Source: Phycisphaerae bacterium (GTDB taxonomy: Bacteria > Planctomycetota > Phycisphaerae > Phycisphaerales > UBA1924). Taken from it: DNA of 64,000 bases. Position 1 is the first letter of the stretch. Every line of letters starts with the position of its first letter. The notes under the pieces were generated by a model. That model was not told the origin of the DNA. It did not search any database and worked only from the letters and a program-made list of their open reading frames with translations. Position numbers and translations under genes: made by a program. Positions 36,454-46,239 of the stretch are shown here, piece by piece. Location of the stretch: NCBI GenBank assembly GCA_030432905.1, contig JAUILU010000002.1, positions 136,084 through 200,083 of the forward strand. Direction: 5' to 3'.

Positions 36454-37542
36454 ATGAGTTCTGCTCAAGACAAGCCGAGCCGCCCCTGCCCAAAGTGCGG
36501 CTACGACCTCACGGGTGTGCCGAGCGAGAAGCCCTGCCCCGAGTGCGGCTCATCAAACAACTGCGTCCGCTGCGGCTACAACCTCGTCGGGCTCAAGCAC
36601 GGCACAAAGTGCCCCGAGTGCGGCAAAGTCAGCCCGAACCCAGATGCGCACAACGCCGACAAACTCGACGCATTCTGCTTCTGCACCGGCTGCGGCTACC
36701 ACCTCTACACGATCGACAAAGACGCCAGTTGCCCCGAGTGCGGCCAACCCGCCAGCGAATCCGCCATCGAACAATCCCTCTACCGCTCAGGCGCGACCTA
36801 CTTCCACTCGCTCTACCGGGGCTACCTATCTGTGCTTGTCGGACTGATCGTTCTGATCGTCGGCCCAGCATTGGTTTTCGGTGGACCGACACTGACTCAA
36901 TTTATCGCAAGATTGGCGGGTGCGGGCACGAATCCATTTGCCGGGATGTCGCTGTACGGGATTCTGTTCCTGGCGTGCACGGTCGGCGGCGGGCTCGTGC
37001 TCTTGGTCGGTTCGATGACTGTCACCATGCGCGACCCACACCTCGGCGCTTACGCCGATTCAGAGAAAGTGCGCATGATCACGCGCTTCATGGCCATCAT
37101 CAACTTCCTGCTTTACTGCCCTGGCATGATCTGCCTCCCCTTCGTCGGCATCGCCACGGGCGGTATCGGTATGTTGACCATCGCCATTCTTTACATAGGC
37201 TGCGCCGCCACGCTCATCATCACTTCGGTCGCCTACACCGAACACATCGCCCGCCGGCTCGGCACGAAACGGCTCATCAAAGCAACCAACACCTACAGCG
37301 TCGTGCTCATAATCCTCATGGCCCTCTCGCTTTTCTTCGGCCTGCCCCTGCTTCTGACCATCTTCGGCACAGCGAACGAGACACTCATCGCCGTCGCGGG
37401 CATCGGGTTCACAGTTGTCTTCTTCGTCGGCTTTTTGGTCTACCTCCTGCTCGTCTTAAGTATGACAAGACAGCTCCGGCTCGCGATCCGCCGGGGCGAA
37501 GCCATCCCAAGAACACTCATCCCCGGCGACCGAAAGCCATGA
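36454..37542 (+). CDS. zinc-ribbon membrane protein G3 (three ribbons)
   Basis: 362 aa. CPKCGYDLTGVPSEKPCPEC, CVRCGYNLVGLKHGTKCPEC and CTGCGYHLYTIDKDASCPEC, then SLYRSGATYFHSL, TM helices, and SMTVTMRDPHL. Confidence 0.7.
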   Translation: MSSAQDKPSRPCPKCGYDLTGVPSEKPCPECGSSNNCVRCGYNLVGLKHGTKCPECGKVSPNPDAHNADKLDAFCFCTGCGYHLYTIDKDASCPECGQPASESAIEQSLYRSGATYFHSLYRGYLSVLVGLIVLIVGPALVFGGPTLTQFIARLAGAGTNPFAGMSLYGILFLACTVGGGLVLLVGSMTVTMRDPHLGAYADSEKVRMITRFMAIINFLLYCPGMICLPFVGIATGGIGMLTIAILYIGCAATLIITSVAYTEHIARRLGTKRLIKATNTYSVVLIILMALSLFFGLPLLLTIFGTANETLIAVAGIGFTVVFFVGFLVYLLLVLSMTRQLRLAIRRGEAIPRTLIPGDRKP

Positions 37543-38354
37543 CCACGACACCGCTCCCAGCCAACACCCACTGCATCAGCTGCGGCTACGACCTCGCGGG
37601 CCTCGCAGAATCCGGCGTCTGCCCGGAGTGCGCCGCGCCCTGTTCTAAAACAGTTGAGCACATCAAGGCCCGCGAGAAAGAGCACGACCCGATCAAATCG
37701 GTCCGCGATGGCCTGCAGAACATGCTCACGAGCTATTGCATCGTCGCATGCGTCGCGGCGGTTGCGGTTGTACTTGGCATCCTGCGAAGCCGTGTTGAGC
37801 CGTTCGATTCAATTTTGTATCTGCTCGTGCCCGTTGCGCTTATCGCGATCGCGGTCATCTTCACGACAGGGATCGGTTCGCTGATCTCCGCGTATCCGAG
37901 CCACAAGGACCCTTCCAAGCCCTGCATCTCGCAAGAGCTTATGGCAACAACAACCCTTGTCGGCGTCGTGGCCCTGCTGCCATTCCTTGTGTTCAGCAAC
38001 TACGTCTCGGCGACGGTCCTCCACAGCGCGCTGCCCGCGGTGTTCTTCCTGTTTATCCTCGCCACCGCGAGGTCGCTGCACAACGCCGCCTTGCACCTGG
38101 GAGTTGCCCGGACGGGTGCGGTTACGTCGGCAATTCTTACGCTGTCTTCGCTTGTGTTCGTCGTGATCGTCTGCAGCTCATTGGCAAGAGAGTACATCAT
38201 CGACACCTACACCCCAAGGCTCCTCGGCCTCACCGGCGGTCAGTGGCAGGACATCTTCTATCTCTCGCTCCTCGCACTCGCCGCCACGCACTTCCTGCTC
38301 ATCTTCTACTTCTGGCTCAAACTCAAGCCCCGGCTCGGAGCAGCCAAACCATGA
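37539..38354 (+). CDS. zinc-ribbon membrane protein G4 (one ribbon)
   Basis: 271 aa. This is the last part of track ORF 36495..38354. ATGA overlap with G3. MTTTPLPANTHCISCGYDLAGLAESGVCPEC plus TM helices. Confidence 0.65.
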   Translation: MTTTPLPANTHCISCGYDLAGLAESGVCPECAAPCSKTVEHIKAREKEHDPIKSVRDGLQNMLTSYCIVACVAAVAVVLGILRSRVEPFDSILYLLVPVALIAIAVIFTTGIGSLISAYPSHKDPSKPCISQELMATTTLVGVVALLPFLVFSNYVSATVLHSALPAVFFLFILATARSLHNAALHLGVARTGAVTSAILTLSSLVFVVIVCSSLAREYIIDTYTPRLLGLTGGQWQDIFYLSLLALAATHFLLIFYFWLKLKPRLGAAKP

Positions 38355-39214
38355 CCACCCCGCTCCCCGCCAACACCCACTGCATCGGCTGCAACTACGA
38401 CCTCGCGGGCCTCACAGAAACAGCCGTCTGCCCGGAGTGCGCCCTGCCGTGCATCAACTCGCGCCTCGGCGACACGATGTACAACCAGAGCAGGCCCTAC
38501 CTCAAGCGGCTTGCGACCGGAACGCGGCTTGTCATGTGGGCGTGCGCGCTGGCTTTCATCCAAGCGGCTTACATCGTTGTGCTCATTGCAACAGGCAGCG
38601 ATTGGTACATTGTGTCTGTTTCGAACCTAATCTCGGCCCTGGCCCTTGCCTTGTCGATCTTTGGTTGGTTCAAAATGACCAGCCAAGACAATCCAGATCG
38701 GCCAATGAACCGGAGAACACTGGGCATGACAGCTATGCGGGTCCTGTGTGTCGCCAAAATCCTGAGCCTGTTCATGGGGATCTTTATGTTCGAGTACATG
38801 AATCTTGTGCTCGGCTGGACAGCCGCTGCGGTCGTTGGCATGCTGCCAATAGTCTTGTATCTTTCGCTGGCGGTAGAACTCACGAACCGGGCGGTGTCGC
38901 GGATACCGCACCTGTACAACCGGCGCACCATGCTCACAGCGCGCGTCGCCTGCCATGTGTTCGGGGCTCTGTTCTTTTTGTGTTGGACGGTTTACATCGC
39001 AGACATGGAACACGCCCTCTTTGGCGGGGCTTTGTATTCAAATGTATCGACCTCAGAGTTGATAGTCACAGCCACATATGCCTCCCGGCTGGCCGCGTCA
39101 CTGGCACTATTCCTGGCGCTGCTGCATCTGTCTCGGAACCTGAAGACCGTGCGAACGCGTCTGCGTGAGAACGCGCAGCTAGCCGCGCCGCCCGCGCCCC
39201 CGGCCGCCCCGTGA
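38351..39214 (+). CDS. zinc-ribbon membrane protein G5 (one ribbon)
   Basis: 287 aa. Internal ATG of track ORF 38243..39214. ATGA overlap with G4. MTTPLPANTHCIGCNYDLAGLTETAVCPEC plus TM helices, and FGWFKMTSQDNPD. Confidence 0.65.
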   Translation: MTTPLPANTHCIGCNYDLAGLTETAVCPECALPCINSRLGDTMYNQSRPYLKRLATGTRLVMWACALAFIQAAYIVVLIATGSDWYIVSVSNLISALALALSIFGWFKMTSQDNPDRPMNRRTLGMTAMRVLCVAKILSLFMGIFMFEYMNLVLGWTAAAVVGMLPIVLYLSLAVELTNRAVSRIPHLYNRRTMLTARVACHVFGALFFLCWTVYIADMEHALFGGALYSNVSTSELIVTATYASRLAASLALFLALLHLSRNLKTVRTRLRENAQLAAPPAPPAAP

Positions 39215-42200
39215 ATCCTCCGGGTCGATCGACTTGCCACCCACAAGCGTCGCGATCCCCTCGCCGAGCAAACCCGCGGCTTCCTTCACAAACTCGGGCT
39301 CAAGCTCAACTCGAAACGCGGGTTCGGGCGCCACGGTGATCTGTTGGCCCTCGGCCTCGAAGTCAAGAAGCACCGGCACGACCTCGCCCTTGGGCTTCTG
39401 CCCGCCCGGCGCGATCGCCTTGCCCGCGAGGAACCGCTGCAGGTTCTCGACCGTCTGCTTGCCCGTGCCGTTGAGCTTGGCGGTGCGCACCGCAAGGTGC
39501 AGCCTGCCCTTCTCAAGAGGCAGCCCCTCGATGGGCACCATCTTGTCGACGATGATCTGCGGGTTGCCCCGGCTGTGGTCCATGCGCCCGAGCACGAACT
39601 TGGGCCCGTCGTCCTCGAACAGATGGCCGTACTTGGCGAAGCAGTCGGCGAACATCACCGAGTCCGCCGTCCCGGTCAGGTCCTCGAGCGTGACGATCGC
39701 CATCTTCTGGCCCGCGCTCCGGCCGTTGCGCACCACGATCGTCCGCACACTCTGCGCAAGAGCCGCGACGATCACGCGCTTGTCCTGCGGCACATCCGCA
39801 AGGTCCGCCATCCGAAGCTTGGCGAACACGCCCGACCAGTCCTTCCACTGCTCGAGCGGGTGGCTCGACACGTAAAACCCGAGCGTTTCCTTCTCCTGCC
39901 GAAGCGTCTCCGCCTCGCTCCACGCCTCGGCCTTCACGAGCGGCACAACCGTCTGCGTCGCGCCCGAATCTTCCGGATCGGGTGCGCCAAACAGCGCGCC
40001 CTGGCCCGCCGCCCTGTCCGCGGCGAGTTTCTGCCCGGCACTGACGGCCTGCTCGATCGTCGCCACCATGCTCGCCCGCTCGTCGCGCGAATGCACCTCG
40101 TCGAACGCGCCGCTCTTGATCAGTGCCTCGATCGTTGCCTTGTTCACCGTCCCCGGCGGCACGCGCTCGCAGAACTCGAACAGCGACTCGTACCCGCCGT
40201 CCTTGTCGCGTTCGTCGATGATTGCGCCGATCGCCTTGGCGCCCGCGCCCTTGATCGCCTTCATCCCGAACCGCACGTGGCCGCCCGAGGGCGTGCGCTC
40301 GTCGCTCGGCTCGTACACCACCGCGAAGTCCGCCTCGGACAGGTTCACGTTGGGCGGCCGCACCTCGACACCGGTCTTGATCACCGCGCCCGTCATCGGG
40401 TCGATGAACTTCGTCCGCTTGCAGTCCTCGAGGTACGGGATCCAGTCGCTGACCTTCTGCGCCTGGCTCTCGAAGCTCAGGAACGCAGCCATGTAGTGCG
40501 CGGGGAAAAACGTCTTGAGGTACGCCGTCTGGTACGCCACGATCGCGTAGCCCGTCGAGTGCGACTTGTTGAAGCCGTAACCCGCGAACTTCAGGATCAG
40601 CTCGAAGAGTTCGTTCGCTTTCGCCGCTTCCAGACCCTTCTCGCCCGCGCCCTTGACGAACAGGGGCCGGTTCGCGCCGATGATCTTCTCTTTCTTCTTG
40701 CTGATCGCCTTAATCAGCGAGTACGCCGAGCGCAGCGGGATCCCGCCCAGCTCGTGCACGATCTGCATGACCTGTTCCTGGTACACCATCACGCCGTACG
40801 TCTCTGCCGTGAAGTGATCCACGATCGCGTGTACCTTCGGCACAGCCTGCTTGCCGTGCTTGCGCATGTTGTAGTCGGGGATCAGGTCCATCGGGCCGGG
40901 GCGGAACAGCGCGTTTGCAGCGATGAGGTCCTCAAGCCTGTCGGGCTTCATCTCCATCAGCAGCCTGCGCATGCCGCCCGATTCAAACTGGAACACGCCC
41001 GTCGTGTCGCCCCGCTGGAAGAGCGCGAAGATGCGCTGGTCCTTGTAGCCAAGCCGCTCAAGGTCCATCGGGTTCGGGCCGCCGTCGCCGACCTCGCGAC
41101 CGACCGCGGCATATATCTGCTCCTTGTTCAGCGAGTTCTCGATGAGCTGCTTGGCCCGCTCGATCACGCTGAGTGTGCGCAGGCCGAGGAAGTCCATCTT
41201 AAGAAGGCCCATCGCCTCGCACGTCGGCCCGTCCCACTGGGTGACGATCTCGTTCTCGCCGCCGCCGCTCTGCCGATACAGCGGCACCACTTCGTGCAGG
41301 GGTCTCGTCGCGACGATCACGCCCGCCGCATGCACGCTGCTGTGCCGCGCCTGTCCTTCGAGCACGCGCGCGTTGTCGATCACACGCTTGGCAACATCGT
41401 CCGTGTCGTACAGCTTCTGCAGATCCGGCTCGGCCTTGAGCGCCTTGTCGAGCGTAATACCCAACTCTTCCGGGATCAGCTTCGCCAGCTTGTCCGTGTC
41501 GGTCAGCGGGTACTCAAGCACCCGGCCCACATCGCGCACCGCGGCACGCGCCTTGAGCGTCCCGAACGTGATGATCTGCGCTACGTGCCCGTACTTCTCG
41601 CGCACGTAATTGATCACATCCCCTCGCCCGTCCTGGCAGAGGTCGATATCGATATCGGGGTATTCCGATCGGTCCGGGTCCGTGAATCGTTCGAACAGCA
41701 AGCCGTAGTGCACCGGGCAGGCGTTGGAGAGACCCAGCACAAACCCGGTCATCGTGCCCACGCCCGAACCACGAGCGATCGACGGGATGCCGCGCTGGCG
41801 CCCCCAGTTGACGAAGTCCCACACGATCAGGAAGTACGCGCTGATCAGCTTGTCCGACAGGATCTTCAGCTCGCGGTTGAGCCTCGCCCACTTGCGCCAG
41901 CCATCGAGCTTGTCGCCCTCAAGCTCGGGCTCGTCGCCCACGCCCTCGACGACCTTGTGCCGATGGTCCATGATCCCCGGCCCGTAGCGCCAGACCATCC
42001 CCGCCTCGCACAAGAGCCTGAGTGTTTTGTCACACTCAACCGTGAGCGACGCCTGATCCTGATCGGGGTCGTTGGCCGGCTCAAGCTCAAAGTGCGAGCA
42101 GTACGCCTTGAACCACGCGGTCAGGTCGCCGTCAAACTCCTCGTCGGTGACCTTGGGCAGCTCCTTCTTGGGCGGCGCTTTGACGACCACCACCGGCGCA

Positions 42201-43177
42201 TGGTTCGCGTCCTCGGGCAATTCGACGTTGCACCGGTCGGCGATCCGCTGCGTGTTGAGCAGCGCTTCCTCGCCCGCCTTGCCGTAGTCCGAGTTGTTGT
42301 ACTCGGGCCCGCCGAAGATCTCCCACATCTGCTCCGGGCTCTTGACGTAGAGCTCGGGCGTGTAGCGCATCCGCGTCTCGTCGAACTTGCTCTTGCCCGT
42401 CGAGATGCAGATCAGCGTGTCGTGCGCGTCGTGGTCCTCGGCCTTCAGAAAGTGGCTGTCGTTGTCGCACACGATGGGCAGCTTCAGATCCCGCGCGATC
42501 CGAATCAGGTGTGGGTTGATCGAGATCTGCTCCGGGATGTGGTGCTGAAGCTCGACGAAGAACCTGGGCCCCGTCCCCTCGTCCGCGAACACCCGCGCAT
42601 GCCACTCGGCGCTCTCGACGGCTTTCTCATAGCTCGACCGGTCACCACGCTCGATGCCGCCCGAGTTCTCGTAGCTCAACAGGTGCTCGCCCATCTCCGA
42701 CCCGAGGTGGCCGTTGATCGCGATCAAACCGGAGTTGTGCGTTTCGAGCAGGTCGCGGTCCATCCGGGGCTTGAAGTAGAACCCCGTCAGGTACGCCTCC
42801 GAGCACAGGTACAACAGGTTCTGCCAGCCCGTCACGTTCTCCGCCAGCAGCACCAGGTGGTACCCGCCGTCGGACACGCCCGTGTAGGTCTTGTCGAGCC
42901 GGCTCTTGGGCGCGACGTACGCCTCGACCCCGAGGATCGGCTTGATGCCCTCGGCGCGGGCCTTCTTATAGAAGTTCACCGCCGCGTGCATGTTGCCGTG
43001 GTCCGTCACCGCAAGGGCGTTCATGCCCAGCTCTGCGGTGCGTTTCACCAGCTTATCCAACCGGTTGCCCCCGTCGAGGAGGGAGTATTCGGAGTGCAAG
43101 TGCAGGTGGACAAAGGGCTTATCGGACACAGCCGCCCCGCCGCCCTCGGCACCATCATGTAGTGGTTCTTGGCTCAT
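39179..43177 (-). CDS. dnaE: DNA polymerase III subunit alpha
   Basis: PHP domain FVHLHLHSEYSLLDG, then polymerase core and OB-fold regions. About 1330 aa. ATG at 43177 (MSQEPL); a GTG at 43201 is also possible. Confidence 0.95.
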   Translation of the reverse strand: MSQEPLHDGAEGGGAAVSDKPFVHLHLHSEYSLLDGGNRLDKLVKRTAELGMNALAVTDHGNMHAAVNFYKKARAEGIKPILGVEAYVAPKSRLDKTYTGVSDGGYHLVLLAENVTGWQNLLYLCSEAYLTGFYFKPRMDRDLLETHNSGLIAINGHLGSEMGEHLLSYENSGGIERGDRSSYEKAVESAEWHARVFADEGTGPRFFVELQHHIPEQISINPHLIRIARDLKLPIVCDNDSHFLKAEDHDAHDTLICISTGKSKFDETRMRYTPELYVKSPEQMWEIFGGPEYNNSDYGKAGEEALLNTQRIADRCNVELPEDANHAPVVVVKAPPKKELPKVTDEEFDGDLTAWFKAYCSHFELEPANDPDQDQASLTVECDKTLRLLCEAGMVWRYGPGIMDHRHKVVEGVGDEPELEGDKLDGWRKWARLNRELKILSDKLISAYFLIVWDFVNWGRQRGIPSIARGSGVGTMTGFVLGLSNACPVHYGLLFERFTDPDRSEYPDIDIDLCQDGRGDVINYVREKYGHVAQIITFGTLKARAAVRDVGRVLEYPLTDTDKLAKLIPEELGITLDKALKAEPDLQKLYDTDDVAKRVIDNARVLEGQARHSSVHAAGVIVATRPLHEVVPLYRQSGGGENEIVTQWDGPTCEAMGLLKMDFLGLRTLSVIERAKQLIENSLNKEQIYAAVGREVGDGGPNPMDLERLGYKDQRIFALFQRGDTTGVFQFESGGMRRLLMEMKPDRLEDLIAANALFRPGPMDLIPDYNMRKHGKQAVPKVHAIVDHFTAETYGVMVYQEQVMQIVHELGGIPLRSAYSLIKAISKKKEKIIGANRPLFVKGAGEKGLEAAKANELFELILKFAGYGFNKSHSTGYAIVAYQTAYLKTFFPAHYMAAFLSFESQAQKVSDWIPYLEDCKRTKFIDPMTGAVIKTGVEVRPPNVNLSEADFAVVYEPSDERTPSGGHVRFGMKAIKGAGAKAIGAIIDERDKDGGYESLFEFCERVPPGTVNKATIEALIKSGAFDEVHSRDERASMVATIEQAVSAGQKLAADRAAGQGALFGAPDPEDSGATQTVVPLVKAEAWSEAETLRQEKETLGFYVSSHPLEQWKDWSGVFAKLRMADLADVPQDKRVIVAALAQSVRTIVVRNGRSAGQKMAIVTLEDLTGTADSVMFADCFAKYGHLFEDDGPKFVLGRMDHSRGNPQIIVDKMVPIEGLPLEKGRLHLAVRTAKLNGTGKQTVENLQRFLAGKAIAPGGQKPKGEVVPVLLDFEAEGQQITVAPEPAFRVELEPEFVKEAAGLLGEGIATLVGGKSIDPEDSRGGRGRGRRG

Positions 43178-43357
43178 AACACCCAATATCAGTGTACCCA
43201 CGGCCCCGAAAAACCCAGCCGGGATCCCGCGCCAAGTAGCTTACGCCGACGAAACCGCCCCCGCCCCACTCCCGGCAACCGACAGGCGATCCACACCAGA
43301 CACACCGCCCATGCCCAGCCTGCAAACCGCCGACCCCAAGCCCCATAGAGTCTCAAG

Positions 43358-43663
43358 ATGGACGAACGCTTCCAAACCTACGCCAACAGGGCCGCCGCCT
43401 TCCGCGCCCGCGTGCACCAGCACCAGAGCCGACCCCGCGGCCCGATCGAGTCCGCCATCAATCTCTTCCTCACGCTGCTCATCTTCGTCGTGCTGCTGAT
43501 CCTCATCATCCCGCTGATCGCCCTGATCATCCTGCTGGCGATCGGCTTCTTCATCTACTTCAAGGTCAAAGCCTTCTTCCGAGGCCTCGGCAAACCAAAC
43601 GCCCACGTCGGCCCCGTCCGCACCGACGGCCGGGACAACGTCCGAGTCATCGACCGCGACTAG
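43358..43663 (+). CDS. small membrane protein of unknown function
   Basis: 101 aa. Long hydrophobic stretch INLFLTLLIFVVLLILIIPLIALIILLAIGFFIY. Confidence 0.45.
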   Translation: MDERFQTYANRAAAFRARVHQHQSRPRGPIESAINLFLTLLIFVVLLILIIPLIALIILLAIGFFIYFKVKAFFRGLGKPNAHVGPVRTDGRDNVRVIDRD

Positions 43664-43831
43664 TGCCCAGATTGGGGCCAACACCCACAATGCGGGCTAT
43701 GGGTCGGTCGTCCTGTGCTCGGCGCTTAGATCGTGTGAAGCCAGAACGAACGCTCAAATTGCTCTGAATCAGCGCGCAACTTCATGTATGCTGGAATGCG
43801 TCGCCGAACAAAGACACACGGAGCCAACGCC

Positions 43832-44536
43832 ATGACGCACGCACGGATCATTGTCGCCGCCTCGATCGCATGCACAGCCGCCAGCGCCTCGGCCCAGAAC
43901 TTCTACGTCACCGACCAGACAACATTCACCGCCGGCCTGACCGACTTCGCAGTCGAAGACTTCGACAACGGCGCCAACAAGGTGCTCCCGGATGAGACGC
44001 TCGTCTTTGACAATCTGACCGTGTCGTTCTCAGCAACCGCCGGGGGCCACACGCTCGGCGACGACCTGTTCTGCAGCGGCACCTCGGGCGGGGGCAACAT
44101 CGCATCCGCCCTCATCACATTCGATAGGCCAGTGATCGCCATCGGCGCCAACCAGTTCGACAGCTACACATCCATCGGCGCTGGTGTCGATGGCGTCTAT
44201 CACGACAGCTATCAGATCGATGTGGTCAGCCCATTCCCGGGTGCCGAGCTCGGTGACTTCTGTGTCGTCGAATTCACCGAACCGATCACCGAACTCATGT
44301 GCTACCCATTGACCAGCTTCAGCATGGCATACGAGATCGACAACCTCGTCATCGTCTACGCACCCGAGCCCTGCACAGCCGACGTCAACGGCGACGGCAT
44401 GCTCACACCAACAGACTTCACCGCGTGGATCGGTGCATTCAACACAAACGCCCCAGAGTGCGACCAGAACAGCGACGGCGCATGCACACCAACCGACTTC
44501 ACGGCATGGGTCGGAAACTACAACGCGGGCTGCTGA
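43832..44536 (+). CDS. secreted protein (family C) with GC-type dockerin
   Basis: Start MTHARIIVAAS. Signal ...ASASAQ. NFYVTDQTTFTAGLTDFAVEDFDNG is shared with 48104..48796. The dockerin module is 44372-44536. Confidence 0.75.
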   Translation: MTHARIIVAASIACTAASASAQNFYVTDQTTFTAGLTDFAVEDFDNGANKVLPDETLVFDNLTVSFSATAGGHTLGDDLFCSGTSGGGNIASALITFDRPVIAIGANQFDSYTSIGAGVDGVYHDSYQIDVVSPFPGAELGDFCVVEFTEPITELMCYPLTSFSMAYEIDNLVIVYAPEPCTADVNGDGMLTPTDFTAWIGAFNTNAPECDQNSDGACTPTDFTAWVGNYNAGC

Positions 44537-44687
44537 CTGTAAACGAACCTACCGCGTCCCATCCTCCCGGTGGCGGTGCAAAGCAACCGATCTGAAATCA
44601 GTCACGGTTTTGGTCTGATTTTCGTCGATTCGGTGTTCAACCCAAACCGGACCTCGGTTAGCCTGCGCCCTTGCACACACATCTTTC

Positions 44688-46148
44688 GTGAGGGTTCTGA
44701 ACATGCGTATCACCACCGCCGCTTCCGCTTTCCTTATCGCCGGGTCCGCAGCCGCCCAGTCGTCGTCGCACCGAACCGTGACCGATGCGCAGGGCGTATC
44801 GCTCGAGCGCACGCTCAACCCGCTCAGTTCCGCGGGCACGACCGGCCCGCTGATCCAGGAAGATCTGCTCTGGGCATACACCGACGCGGTCTCCATCCCG
44901 AGCTCGGTCGCGCTCGCCGACGGGGGCGGCGAGGCGTGGGTCGCCCACTCGCTCAACGACGAACGAATCAGCAGGTTCTCGGTCGCCGGCGGCAACACGC
45001 CCGCGTCCATGTTCTCGATCCTCGCAGAGAACCCGAACTACGTCGGTGTCGCGGCCTCGGCAGACGCGTCGCGCTGTGTGGCGATCTCAGAACCCGCATC
45101 GGGCCAGATCGTCGCACGAGCGTTCTCCGCAGCCGGGGGCAACTCGACCGACTGGACCTACACATTCGACGCCGCATACACCGACACGCGCGAACGCTCA
45201 GTCGCGGTCAACGCCGACGGCTCACGCACCGCCGTCACCGCATACGACGGCGCCAACACACTCCTCGTCATCCTCGACGGCGAAGGCAACGTCGTCAACA
45301 CAACCACGGTCGCCGGCTTCTCGCTCCTCGTCGACATCGATGACTCGGGTGACCGAGTGGTCGTCACCGCCGGCGCTGTGGCGCGCGTCTACGACACCGC
45401 GACACTCACCGAACTGCACGCACTCACCGTGTCCGGCGCTGGCGGCTACGCACGTATCTCACGCGACGGCTCGGCGATCGCCGCCGGCGGGTTCAACGTC
45501 AGAGCAGCCCGAGAGGTCGAGGGTGTCTGGCAAACCGCCTACTCGGGAACCGGGTCACAAGACTGGTTCGGCGGCGTCTCGCTCAGCGGCGACGGAGAAA
45601 CACTCTTCGCGGTCAGCCACCGCTACGGCGACGGCTACCTCACCAACAGCCACCGCGTCGTCGACCTCACAACCGGCGCGGTCGTCGCGTCGTCCAGCTA
45701 CACAGGCGCCGGCGGGCTGCAGAACTCTGCCATCGGAGCCGAGTCGAACAGCGACGGCACGCTCTTCGTCGCCGCCTCGTGGGGCGATGCAGCCAACACC
45801 ATGCCCGAGGTCCGCGTCTACGACCGAGACCTGAACCTCGTCGATTCGATCGACACCAAGGGTTCGCCCTTCGCGATCGATCTCAGCAAGGACGCCGCCA
45901 CACTCGCGGTCTCGACCAAATCGATCCACGCCAACGACAACGGCAGCGGCGGCACCACCTACATCTATCAACTCGCCTCCGACTGCCCCGCCGACGTCAA
46001 CGGCGACGGCATGCTCAGCCCAACCGACTTCACCGCGTGGGTCGGCGCCTTCAACTCGAACGCGCCCGAGTGCGACCAGAACAACGACGGCATGTGCACA
46101 CCCACCGATTTCTCTGCCTGGGTCGGCAACTACAACGCGGGCTGTTAA
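44688..46148 (+). CDS. secreted repeat (beta-propeller-like) protein with GC-type dockerin
   Basis: 486 aa (alternative start at 44703). Signal peptide and repeated strand-rich segments. The dockerin module is 45984-46148. Confidence 0.75.
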   Translation: MRVLNMRITTAASAFLIAGSAAAQSSSHRTVTDAQGVSLERTLNPLSSAGTTGPLIQEDLLWAYTDAVSIPSSVALADGGGEAWVAHSLNDERISRFSVAGGNTPASMFSILAENPNYVGVAASADASRCVAISEPASGQIVARAFSAAGGNSTDWTYTFDAAYTDTRERSVAVNADGSRTAVTAYDGANTLLVILDGEGNVVNTTTVAGFSLLVDIDDSGDRVVVTAGAVARVYDTATLTELHALTVSGAGGYARISRDGSAIAAGGFNVRAAREVEGVWQTAYSGTGSQDWFGGVSLSGDGETLFAVSHRYGDGYLTNSHRVVDLTTGAVVASSSYTGAGGLQNSAIGAESNSDGTLFVAASWGDAANTMPEVRVYDRDLNLVDSIDTKGSPFAIDLSKDAATLAVSTKSIHANDNGSGGTTYIYQLASDCPADVNGDGMLSPTDFTAWVGAFNSNAPECDQNNDGMCTPTDFSAWVGNYNAGC

Positions 46149-46214
46149 TCTGTACAAATTCTCGCTTGTTTCTTGAGATTTGTCCTGTCATTCTGGACCG
46201 CTCTCTGACACAAT

Positions 46215-46237
46215 AAGCCCCTGCAAAGGGGGCTTTT
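46215..46237 (+). terminator. possible terminator hairpin between two dockerin-protein genes
   Basis: AAGCCCC tgcaaag GGGGCTT followed by TT. Ends 3 nt before the next ATG. Confidence 0.4.
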
Positions 46238-46239
46238 CC

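Noticed and set aside
34572-38354. 428-aa (34572..35858) and 619-aa (36495..38354) plus-strand ORFs overlapping the zinc-ribbon genes
   Set aside because: These are out-of-frame readings of G1/G2 and G3 (Arg/Pro/His-rich). In 36495..38354 only the final 271 codons (from ATG 37539) encode a sensible zinc-ribbon/TM protein (G4).
39344-43162. 1272-aa plus-strand ORF
   Set aside because: Entirely antisense to dnaE, whose motifs are unambiguous. The translation is R/L/V/H-rich with no motifs. High-GC shadow ORF.
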